Shown here piece after piece: positions 56,628 through 64,000 of a DNA stretch of 64,000 bases; position 1 is the stretch's first letter; every line of letters starts with the position of its first letter. The DNA comes from an uncultured Alphaproteobacteria bacterium (GTDB lineage: Bacteria > Pseudomonadota > Alphaproteobacteria > Rhodobacterales > Rhodobacteraceae): assembly GCA_902567635.1 (NCBI GenBank), contig CACFNV010000004.1:1483-65482 (forward strand). Direction: 5' to 3'. A program made the translations under genes and the position numbers. Under the pieces are notes generated by a model, which ran no database searches, had not been told where the DNA came from, and worked only from the letters and a program-made list of their open reading frames with translations.

Positions 56628-57581
56628 TTAATCCAAATTAAATTTTCTTTTAGGTTTGAGGAGGGTGTTTTTACAACTTAAAATACAAATAGGTCTTCCT
56701 TCAAAAAATGCTACTACTTCATCTTCAGTTTTTATTGTTTGATCATAAATATTTTTTATTGGAATTCCATTTTCTAGTTTTTTATAATCCTCCCTTAAAC
56801 ACTCAAAATATTTTAAATGAGAAAACCCTTTCTCCATTCCTAAAGTCAGATTCTTAACTTCTTCCAAAGAAATATTTAATAAGTTTTCTAGCTTTATGCT
56901 ATTCTCAATTTCAAAATGCCCATAGCTTGTTCTTGTCAAGGTTTCTACACACCCAAAGCAACCTAAAAAATCACCAATATCTCTAGCGATTGACCTTACA
57001 TAACCGCCCTTCCCACAAGCGAATGATATTGAGCATCTTTCTGCATCTATTCGAGATATAATTTTAATATTTGAAACTAATAGTTTCCTAGATTTGAGTG
57101 AGATGTTTTGCCCTAAATGAAATAGTTTATAAGCTCTAAATCCATTTACTTTGACGGCTGAAACAATTGGTGGTTTTTGATATATTTGTCCTGAAAAATA
57201 TTTTAAAGCTTCAGAAATTTCCCTTTCAGTGGGTCTATAATTTGATCGCTTAAGTATCTTACCGCTAACATCGTCAGTATCTGTTTTTATTCCAAATTTT
57301 ATAGTGGATACATAGGTTTTTTTTTGGCTCATCAAATATGGAATTACTTTTGTAGCTTCCCCCATTGCTACTGGAAGAACGCCAGTAGCATCTGGATCAA
57401 GAGTTCCAGCGTGACCAATTTTTTTTGGTTTGATATGATTTTTAATTCTTTGGATAACCTTGTTAGAAGTTAGACCTGCAGGTTTATCAATTATAAGCCA
57501 CCCATTGATTGGATTTTTGTTAGTACCTCTATGTCGAATTCTTTTTATCAATTTCTTCAAAAATTTTATTTGTTTTTTCAA
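56628..57581 (-). CDS. truB: tRNA pseudouridine-55 synthase
   Basis: INGWLIIDKPAGLTS is present, and GHAGTLDPDATGVLPV holds the catalytic Asp. The start is uncertain: the listed TTG at 57581 overlaps rbfA by 53 nt, and in-frame TTGs at 57560 and 57551 are alternatives. Confidence 0.85.
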   Translation of the reverse strand: MKKQIKFLKKLIKRIRHRGTNKNPINGWLIIDKPAGLTSNKVIQRIKNHIKPKKIGHAGTLDPDATGVLPVAMGEATKVIPYLMSQKKTYVSTIKFGIKTDTDDVSGKILKRSNYRPTEREISEALKYFSGQIYQKPPIVSAVKVNGFRAYKLFHLGQNISLKSRKLLVSNIKIISRIDAERCSISFACGKGGYVRSIARDIGDFLGCFGCVETLTRTSYGHFEIENSIKLENLLNISLEEVKNLTLGMEKGFSHLKYFECLREDYKKLENGIPIKNIYDQTIKTEDEVVAFFEGRPICILSCKNTLLKPKRKFNLD

Positions 57582-57924
57582 TTTGCTCGATCAGCTCATC
57601 AGCTTTAAATCTCAACTCAGGAAGAAATTTAAGACTAAGTTTTTTACCTAGAGCATGCCTTATCTCACTTTTTTTCTTTTCCAGAAAAAAAATAAGTTCA
57701 TCTGAACCTACTCTTGAAATAGGTAAAACATATACAGTTGCTATTTTCAGGTCCGGAGAGCATCTGACTTCACTTACGGAGGCAGAGTAATTTTTTTTAT
57801 TTTCGTCATAAAAATTTGAGTCTAATAATATTGAAGAAGTGATTCTCTTAATCAATTCTGAAACTCTCAATTGCCTTTGAGAGAATTCACCATTAGATTT
57901 AGCTTTCTTATTTCTTTTGACCAC
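57529..57924 (-). CDS. rbfA: Ribosome-binding factor A
   Basis: Core motif: RQLRVSELIKR...VSEVRCSPDLKIATVYV. The gene lies upstream of truB. Confidence 0.85.
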   Translation of the reverse strand: MVKRNKKAKSNGEFSQRQLRVSELIKRITSSILLDSNFYDENKKNYSASVSEVRCSPDLKIATVYVLPISRVGSDELIFFLEKKKSEIRHALGKKLSLKFLPELRFKADELIEQIEKTNKIFEEIDKKNST

Positions 57925-58009
57925 GGGAAAAATCTTTGATTACAATATTTGAACTATAAGGTAGTAGTAATGTATATTCAAAATTATTCATATAGTCTTT
58001 GAGGATAAA

Positions 58010-58822
58010 ATGAAAAATCGGTTAAAGCTTTGTGTTCTAGGAGCATCCGGAAGGATGGGATCAACTATAATAAGTGAAGCTTTAGAATCAAACCGAGTAA
58101 TTTTGCATTCTGTTTCAGAAATGAAAAATCATAAATGGGTAGGAAGAGATATTGGTAAGATTATGAATGGAAAAAATAATAATATTATTGTTTCAGACAA
58201 TTTGCATGAGTCTCTTGAAGGAAGCGACGCAGCAATTGATTTTACTCGACCTGCCAATACTGTTTATAGTTCAAATATTTGTGCGAATCTTGGAGTAGCC
58301 CACATTATTGGTACCACTGGCTTCAATGAAAATCAGGAAAAAGAAATACTTACCTCTTCTAGCAGAATTCCTATTGTTAAAGCAGGAAATATGAGTTTGG
58401 GGATAAACATGCTTACCAAGTTAGTGGAAAAAGTGGCAAAATCACTGGATTTAGATTTTGATGTGGAAATATTAGAGATGCATCACAGAAACAAGGTAGA
58501 CGCCCCATCTGGTACAGCATTAATGTTAGGCGAATCAGTTGCTATAGCACGGGGAAAAAAGTTATCTGATTTAGCGTCATACAATAAGGAAGGCATAACA
58601 GGCGTGAGAGAAAGAGGAAAAATTGGCTTCGCATCTTTGAGAGGAGGTGGAGTGATCGGGGAGCATGAGGTTATTTTCGCTTCTGAAAATGAAAAAATTT
58701 CTATAAAACATGAAGCTCTATCAAGAAATATTTTTGCTAATGGAGCTATAAAGGCTGCTATATGGGCTTTAGGCAAAGATCCCGGTCTGTATAGTATGTC
58801 TGATGTGTTGGGTATTAAATAG
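58010..58822 (+). CDS. dapB: 4-hydroxy-tetrahydrodipicolinate reductase
   Basis: The NAD(P) site is VLGASGRMG. The motifs EMHHRNKVDAPSGTA and GGVIGEHEVIF are also present. Confidence 0.9.
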   Translation: MKNRLKLCVLGASGRMGSTIISEALESNRVILHSVSEMKNHKWVGRDIGKIMNGKNNNIIVSDNLHESLEGSDAAIDFTRPANTVYSSNICANLGVAHIIGTTGFNENQEKEILTSSSRIPIVKAGNMSLGINMLTKLVEKVAKSLDLDFDVEILEMHHRNKVDAPSGTALMLGESVAIARGKKLSDLASYNKEGITGVRERGKIGFASLRGGGVIGEHEVIFASENEKISIKHEALSRNIFANGAIKAAIWALGKDPGLYSMSDVLGIK

Positions 58823-58838
58823 AGTTTTGTGAATTAAT

Positions 58839-60065
58839 ATGAAATCGTTCATTTCAAAAAAAATAAAAGAAATTAGTTTGTTGCTGGGCCTTCTTTGCTT
58901 TTTTTCAAGTAGTGGTGTTGTTTTCGCAAGTGATGTTTTTGCGGAATGTGGAGGGGATTTTCAAGTTTTTTTAGAAAAAGCAAAAAAACATGCTCAAAAA
59001 AAAGGAGTGAGTGAGAAAGCAATATCAGAAGCGTTAAAATTTACGAAATTTAATAAAAAAATTATTGAAATGGATAGAAGGCAAAAAAGCTTTAAGATGA
59101 GCTTTATGGACTTTTCAGGAAGAGCAATAAATAACTACCGATTAGTTAACGGAAAAAAAAATATAAAGAAGCATTCAAATATATTTGAGCAAGCAAATAG
59201 GCTGTTTGGCGTCCCTGCGGAAGTAATTACTGCTTTCTGGGCGATGGAAACAGATTTCGGAGCAGTTCAAGGGGAATTTCATACACTAAGTTCTCTGGCT
59301 ACACTGGGGTTTGATTGCAGGCGTCCAGAATTGTTCCAACCTGAATTCATAGCAGCTATTCAATTGGTCGAGAGAGGTGATATTGATGCTGAAAAAACTA
59401 CTGGTGCTTGGGCAGGAGAAATAGGACAAGTTCAAATGTTGCCTAAAGACATTCTTGAGTTTGGATTCGATGGGAACGGAGATGGGAAGGTTTTGTTAAA
59501 GGAATCTGCAGAGGATGCCATAATGACTGCAGCAAACCTAATTGGACATATGGGTTGGGTTAAGAACGAACCCTGGTTAGACGAAGTATTTTTATCAGAA
59601 AACTTCAATTGGCAGTTAGCGGGATTTGGGCGATCCAGACCCTTAAGAGAGTGGAAAAAACTAGGTGTAAAGTTAAGACAGGGAGATTTCTCAGAAAAAT
59701 ATAATAGGGAATCTACCTTATTATTACCTCAAGGAAGATATGGCCCAGCGTTTTTGGTTTATAGAAATTTTGAAATATATTTGAAATGGAATGATAGTTT
59801 TATTTACACCGTTACAGCGGCGCATCTAGCTACACGATTAGAGGGAAGAAAAAAATATAAACATAAAAACCCGGAAGGTATTTTGACAATTGATTCAATG
59901 ATTTTGCTTCAAAATTTATTACATAAAAGGGGTTACGATGTTGGAAAAATTGATGGGATTTTGGGAGCTAAAACTAGGCAATCAGTCAGAAAATTGCAAT
60001 TGCTCTATGGTTTGCCTGCTGATAGCTGGCCCAACCTAGAATTACTAGAACGTCTGTCAAATTGA
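58839..60065 (+). CDS. Lytic murein transglycosylase (MltB/Slt35-like) with a C-terminal peptidoglycan-binding domain
   Basis: Signal peptide present. The catalytic region is WAMETDFG, followed by GEIGQVQMLP. The C-terminal PG_binding_1-like repeat reads LQNLLHKRGYDVGKIDGILGAKTRQSVRKLQ. Confidence 0.85.
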   Translation: MKSFISKKIKEISLLLGLLCFFSSSGVVFASDVFAECGGDFQVFLEKAKKHAQKKGVSEKAISEALKFTKFNKKIIEMDRRQKSFKMSFMDFSGRAINNYRLVNGKKNIKKHSNIFEQANRLFGVPAEVITAFWAMETDFGAVQGEFHTLSSLATLGFDCRRPELFQPEFIAAIQLVERGDIDAEKTTGAWAGEIGQVQMLPKDILEFGFDGNGDGKVLLKESAEDAIMTAANLIGHMGWVKNEPWLDEVFLSENFNWQLAGFGRSRPLREWKKLGVKLRQGDFSEKYNRESTLLLPQGRYGPAFLVYRNFEIYLKWNDSFIYTVTAAHLATRLEGRKKYKHKNPEGILTIDSMILLQNLLHKRGYDVGKIDGILGAKTRQSVRKLQLLYGLPADSWPNLELLERLSN

Positions 60066-60514
60066 TTTCTCAAAATTTTTACAAAATGCTTAAATCCAGG
60101 ATCTTCAAGCCGTTCAATAGCAGTTGTGTAGTTTGAAAAAAGATAATTGTGACCTTTTTCTAATATTAAAGACCTTTTATAAATTGGTTTGCATCTATAG
60201 ATATGGCAAATTTTGTGTGCCCAGAGATTATATTCGGGCATAAAGGTGAATCTTTGAAAAACACCTTCTTTTTTTAAAACTCTAATGTGCCATCCTGTTT
60301 CTTCCATTACTTCCCTGTGGAGCGCATGAATATATTGTTCGCCTTTATCTACTCCACCGCCTGGAAGCTGAATTTCGAGAGTTTTATCTCTAGTTTCTTG
60401 TTCTGTAAGAATAAGTTTGTTTTCATAAACAAGTAAACCATAAACACCAATTCTACGTTTATATTTGATGTTACTTTTTTTATTTTCACCGAATCTTATC
60501 AACTGTTTTCCCAT
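60005..60514 (-). CDS. NUDIX hydrolase
   Basis: The Nudix box is GGGVDKGEQYIHALHREVMEETG. The 3' end overlaps the convergent transglycosylase gene by 61 nt. Confidence 0.8.
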   Translation of the reverse strand: MGKQLIRFGENKKSNIKYKRRIGVYGLLVYENKLILTEQETRDKTLEIQLPGGGVDKGEQYIHALHREVMEETGWHIRVLKKEGVFQRFTFMPEYNLWAHKICHIYRCKPIYKRSLILEKGHNYLFSNYTTAIERLEDPGFKHFVKILRNQFDRRSSNSRLGQLSAGKP

Positions 60515-60587
60515 TTTATTAAAATTCTGTAGACCGAGCTCAATTTCTAAAATAAAGACTAAATTTAAATAGAAAAGGAAATCATTT

Positions 60588-61478
60588 ATGTTTATGGATT
60601 CAATGTTGGCTTTTCAGTTTGACAAGAAGAATGTTCGAGGACGTCTTGCTAGGGTTGGGCCAATGCTTGAAGATATTTTAAAAAACCATAATTATCCTAA
60701 TAGAATTGCACTGCTATTAGCTGAGGTTACTCTTTTAACGGCATTAATTGGGGAAATGATTAAACTAAGATGGCGATTATCGTTGCAAATAAGAGGTGAG
60801 GGACCAGTTAAACTTTTGGCTACAGACTACTTCGCTCCTATTAAAAAGAATGGGGTAGCGAGGCTTAGAGCTTATGCTGACTATGATAAAACAAGGGATT
60901 TCTCTGGTCAAAAAATTTCAAGTGATTTAATTGGAAAAGGTTTTTTTTCTTTAATTATTGACCAAGGGAGAAATATGGAACCATACAAAGGTATTACCCC
61001 AATAGTAAAAGGTGATTTGGCTAGGTCAGCAGAAACATACTTTTTTCAATCAGAACAGATACTCACATTATTTTCTTTAAATATAACGAAAAACCATCAA
61101 AGCGATAAAGAGCCTTCTTGGAATGCGCTTGGTTTAATGGTTCAAGAATTACCAAATGTTAAAGAAAAAAAACAAACTTTAGAAAGAAAAAATTGGAAAG
61201 ATTTTTCAAATAGAATAACTGAAAAGGTACGAATTTATTCAAACCAAGAAAAAATTGATGAATACCAATTTTTGAATGACTTATTCAATAGTATGGACAT
61301 AACGGTATATACTCCTAAAAAAATCAAGTTTGGCTGCTCTTGTAGAGAGGATAAATTATTATCTACCTTAAAAGGCCATTCGAGAAAAGAACTTGAAGTA
61401 ATGCAAGACTCTAAAGGTATAATCCAAGCAGACTGTCAGTTTTGTGGTAAAATTTATAGACTAAAAATCGATAGATAA
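60588..61478 (+). CDS. hslO: Redox-regulated chaperone Hsp33
   Basis: The C-terminal zinc centre reads CSCREDK...CQFCGKIY, and the N-terminal VRGRLARV region matches the Hsp33 family. Confidence 0.85.
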   Translation: MFMDSMLAFQFDKKNVRGRLARVGPMLEDILKNHNYPNRIALLLAEVTLLTALIGEMIKLRWRLSLQIRGEGPVKLLATDYFAPIKKNGVARLRAYADYDKTRDFSGQKISSDLIGKGFFSLIIDQGRNMEPYKGITPIVKGDLARSAETYFFQSEQILTLFSLNITKNHQSDKEPSWNALGLMVQELPNVKEKKQTLERKNWKDFSNRITEKVRIYSNQEKIDEYQFLNDLFNSMDITVYTPKKIKFGCSCREDKLLSTLKGHSRKELEVMQDSKGIIQADCQFCGKIYRLKIDR

Positions 61479-61500
61479 TTTTACTTGGACAAATACAAGC

Positions 61501-62127
61501 ATGAATGACAACATTAAAATAATCCAAAGAATAAAAGAAGTTGTTTTTTCTGTTAATTATCATGTTAAGCCTGACAGAAAGCCCGAAACTACTTCCGATA
61601 CAGGAACTTTATTTGAATCTCAAGAATATGATTTAATATCATCGGCAGTCTTGGTTCCTCTGGTGTTACGAGGAAGTGGCTGGAAATTAATCTTGACTAA
61701 GAGATCAAGTAAACTAAAGAAACATGCGGGTCAAATTTCTTTTCCGGGGGGAAAATATGATACTGGAGATAAAAACCTTTTTAATACGGCTTTGAGAGAA
61801 ACTAGTGAAGAAATAGGTGTTAACACAAATAATATTAATATTTTTGGTAGCTTGCAATCACACGAAACTATAACAGGTTTCAGAATATTTCCTTTTTTAG
61901 GAATTATTTCTCCACATGATGAGCTTATAAAAAACTCTGATGAGGTTGAGGAAATTTTTGAAGTACCATTGACCTTTGTTTTAGAAAAAAAGAAGTTTAG
62001 CCATCATTTTCTTAATATAAAAAATCCAAATAGGAAGTACTTGGCTATACCTTATGGTTCTTATTATATTTGGGGTGCGACAGCGAGAATTCTATACAAT
62101 CTTTCAGAAAAATTTTTTTATAGATAA
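61501..62127 (+). CDS. NUDIX hydrolase, CoA pyrophosphatase-like (NudL type)
   Basis: The Nudix box is FPGGKYDTGDKNLFNTALRETSEEIGV. It is preceded by the KRS..LKKHAGQISFPGG context typical of CoA pyrophosphatases. Confidence 0.75.
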   Translation: MNDNIKIIQRIKEVVFSVNYHVKPDRKPETTSDTGTLFESQEYDLISSAVLVPLVLRGSGWKLILTKRSSKLKKHAGQISFPGGKYDTGDKNLFNTALRETSEEIGVNTNNINIFGSLQSHETITGFRIFPFLGIISPHDELIKNSDEVEEIFEVPLTFVLEKKKFSHHFLNIKNPNRKYLAIPYGSYYIWGATARILYNLSEKFFYR

Positions 62128-62137
62128 GGCCCGTATT

Positions 62138-63292
62138 TTGAAACCGATTAATGTTAAAAAAGTTTTTGGTCCAGAGGCATTTGCCTTGTTGGAGCTAATA
62201 AATAAACAAGAATTGGACTGTTTTATTGTAGGAGGTGCTTTAAGAAATTATTTTTTAGGTAAAGTATTTACCGATATTGACTTAGCAACAAATGGTTGGC
62301 CCAGTGAAATAATTAAAATCTTAAAAAAAGAAGGACTAGAGTTTGATAAGCGTGCCTCCAAATACGGGACATTATTCGTTAAATTCATGAAAAAGAGATT
62401 CCAGATAACATCTTTTAGAAAAGATATCGAGACTTTTGGTAGATCTGCAAAGATCAAGTTTTCTCGGGATATAACTGATGACGCAAAGAGGCGAGACTTT
62501 ACATTTAATGCTATTTATTGCTCGAAAGAAGGTAATTTGGTTGATCCATTAGATAGCTTTGAGGATTTAAAGGAAAAAAAACTGAGGTTCATAGGTAATG
62601 CAGACAAAAGAATAAAAGAAGACTTCTTAAGGATTTTAAGATTTTTTCGCTTAATAGCAGAGTTAGACTTAAATTATCAGAATGTTGAAAAAAATTATTT
62701 AAAAGTTATTGGTAAGTATAAAGATAAATTAGATATAATAAGTAAAGAAAGAATTTCTTCTGAATTAAAACGAATCTTGTTATCTGTTGACCCAACTATA
62801 TCTTTGGAGTGTCTGGAAGAAGCAAAAATCTATAAGGAATTTTTAGGTTCTTTTAATAAGAAAAGAATTAAGAGTTTAATTTTTTTTGAAAAAAAATATA
62901 AACTTTATCCAATTTTAGAAAGGAGGGTTTTGAGTTTAAATATTAAAAATCCAGAAAATTTTTTGTCAAAAAAAGAGAAAAAATACTGTGAAGCTTTGAA
63001 AGAATCTTTGGGAAAAATGAGAAAATTAAAGTACTTAGGTTTTATTCTTGGTTTTGAAAAAGCATTAGATTGCTTAATAATAAACGCGGTAAGAAATGAC
63101 CTTAAAATAACTGATCAGGAAATAAATTTTTTGAAGGAAGGATCAAAAAAAATATTCCCCCTAACATTTTCTTCTATTAATAAAAAATTAAATAATGAAG
63201 TGGCTGCTGGTGAAAAGCTAGAATATCTTAGAAATATTTGGCTTGAGTCAGACTTCAAAATTTCAGAAAAAAAACTTATAAAATACTTGTGA
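62138..63292 (+). CDS. cca: CCA-adding enzyme / poly(A) polymerase-family tRNA nucleotidyltransferase
   Basis: The head domain shows FIVGGALRNYFLGKVFTDIDLAT, RRDFTFNA and EDFLRILRFFR. I suggest the in-frame TTG at 62138, just after the nudL-like stop; the listed ATG at 62054 would overlap that gene by 74 nt. Confidence 0.8.
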   Translation: MKPINVKKVFGPEAFALLELINKQELDCFIVGGALRNYFLGKVFTDIDLATNGWPSEIIKILKKEGLEFDKRASKYGTLFVKFMKKRFQITSFRKDIETFGRSAKIKFSRDITDDAKRRDFTFNAIYCSKEGNLVDPLDSFEDLKEKKLRFIGNADKRIKEDFLRILRFFRLIAELDLNYQNVEKNYLKVIGKYKDKLDIISKERISSELKRILLSVDPTISLECLEEAKIYKEFLGSFNKKRIKSLIFFEKKYKLYPILERRVLSLNIKNPENFLSKKEKKYCEALKESLGKMRKLKYLGFILGFEKALDCLIINAVRNDLKITDQEINFLKEGSKKIFPLTFSSINKKLNNEVAAGEKLEYLRNIWLESDFKISEKKLIKYL

Positions 63293-64000
63293 TTATATCC
63301 ATTTAGCCGTTGGAGGAAGACTCATTAAAACTGCTTCGGCATTGTGACCAGATTGAAGACCGAACTTAGTCCCTCGATCATGTACTAAGTTAAACTCGGC
63401 ATAGAGTCCTCTTTTTATCTCTTGAGTTTTTTTGTCATCATCCGTCCATGATTTTAAAAAGTGCTTTTTTGTTATAGGGATATATGCCTCTACAAATGCA
63501 TTCCCCACATCCTTTGTGAATTCAAAATCATTTTCCCAGTTTCCGGTGGATAAATCATCATAAAATATACCTCCTACTCCTCTGGCTACTTTTCTGTGAG
63601 GAATAAAAAAATATGTATCTGCCCACTCTTTAAATTTTGAGTAGTAATCCCTGTCATGCCTATCGCAGAATTTTTTTAATACCCCGTGAAAGAATTTTGT
63701 GTCTTCATCATTAACTATTGATGGATTAAGATCTGTACCGCCCCCAAACCACCATGCTTGAGGGGTCCAGAACATTCGAGTGTTTAAGTGAATGGCGGGT
63801 GTAAGCGGGTTTCTCATGTGGGCAACAAGACTAATACCAGAAGCCCAAAAACGAGGATCTTCTTTTAGATTTGGAATTTTTTTTCTTGCAGTAATACTTG
63901 CCTGGGCTTCTGTTGCAAGTAGCCCATAAACAGCAGATACATTGACGCCAACTTTTTCAAAAACTCTTCCGTTTCTCATAATTGACATAACACCCCCACC
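63293..64000 (-). CDS. hemF: Oxygen-dependent coproporphyrinogen III oxidase; 5' end runs off the window
   Basis: The frame stays open to nt 64000 (GGGV precedes MSIMRNGRVFEKVGVNVS). The motifs WFGGGTDLNP, RGVGGIFYDD and GLQSGHNAEAVLMSLPP are typical of HemF. Confidence 0.9.
   Translation of the reverse strand, partial: GGGVMSIMRNGRVFEKVGVNVSAVYGLLATEAQASITARKKIPNLKEDPRFWASGISLVAHMRNPLTPAIHLNTRMFWTPQAWWFGGGTDLNPSIVNDEDTKFFHGVLKKFCDRHDRDYYSKFKEWADTYFFIPHRKVARGVGGIFYDDLSTGNWENDFEFTKDVGNAFVEAYIPITKKHFLKSWTDDDKKTQEIKRGLYAEFNLVHDRGTKFGLQSGHNAEAVLMSLPPTAKWI

Noticed and set aside
1-64000. A search for tRNA, rRNA, CRISPR repeats, IS elements, integrases and phage or defence genes
   Set aside because: No spacer has tRNA-like GTTCGAAT/T-loop features. 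I saw no direct-repeat arrays. Every ORF over 100 aa that is not an antisense shadow has a housekeeping or metabolic assignment. This was visual inspection only, so a covariance-model scan would be needed for certainty.

Overview
The window is an AT-rich, extremely gene-dense chromosomal segment. Most spacers are under 100 bp, only four are 150 bp or longer, and many neighbouring genes overlap by 1-15 nt. Gene content points to a streamlined marine alphaproteobacterium, probably Pelagibacterales/SAR11-like. This rests on a RegB/RegA pair with the diagnostic RegA C-terminal helix-turn-helix, an NDUFAF5-like methyltransferase, and an rpsT-dnaA-dnaN-recF arrangement; the taxon call is inference, not proof. 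About 68 protein genes are supported, nearly all housekeeping: replication (dnaA, dnaN, recF, ftsK), repair (mutM, xseB, xthA, sbcB), translation and RNA (rpsT, rpsO, pnp, truB, rbfA, cca, tsaE), cofactors (ispA, ubiG, ubiH, hemH, hemF, folC, ribA, yggS), envelope (lolA, a lytic transglycosylase, dapB) and glycerol use (glpD, glpK). I found no rRNA, tRNA, CRISPR array, transposase, integrase or phage gene. The best leads are listed here. (1) A five-gene, translationally coupled operon at 8.5-12.3 kb is built around a cytosolic, eukaryote-like SBP56/methanethiol-oxidase homologue, flanked by a rhodanese, a plant-type [2Fe-2S] ferredoxin, a CoA-binding protein and an FMN hydroxy-acid oxidase. 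I know of no described pathway with this gene set. (2) The largest non-coding gap (17241-17482) holds a perfect 18-bp palindrome that puts an ATG on each strand. It also holds a consensus AGGGAGG ribosome-binding site in front of a 36-aa hydrophobic ORF, and a convergent transcript end (the clearest intrinsic terminator on the + strand) lying antisense to that site. This layout resembles a type I toxin-antitoxin or sRNA module. (3) A LIV-type ABC importer operon ends in a homocysteine S-methyltransferase, which suggests uptake of a methyl-donor or sulfur compound rather than branched-chain amino acids. Smaller oddities include dnaA with no upstream regulatory spacer or DnaA-box cluster, convergent genes sharing palindromic stop codons, an orphan response regulator lacking the acidic pocket, and SDR and methyltransferase paralogues with degenerate catalytic or cofactor motifs. 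All functional calls come from motif recognition in the supplied translations; no database search was run.
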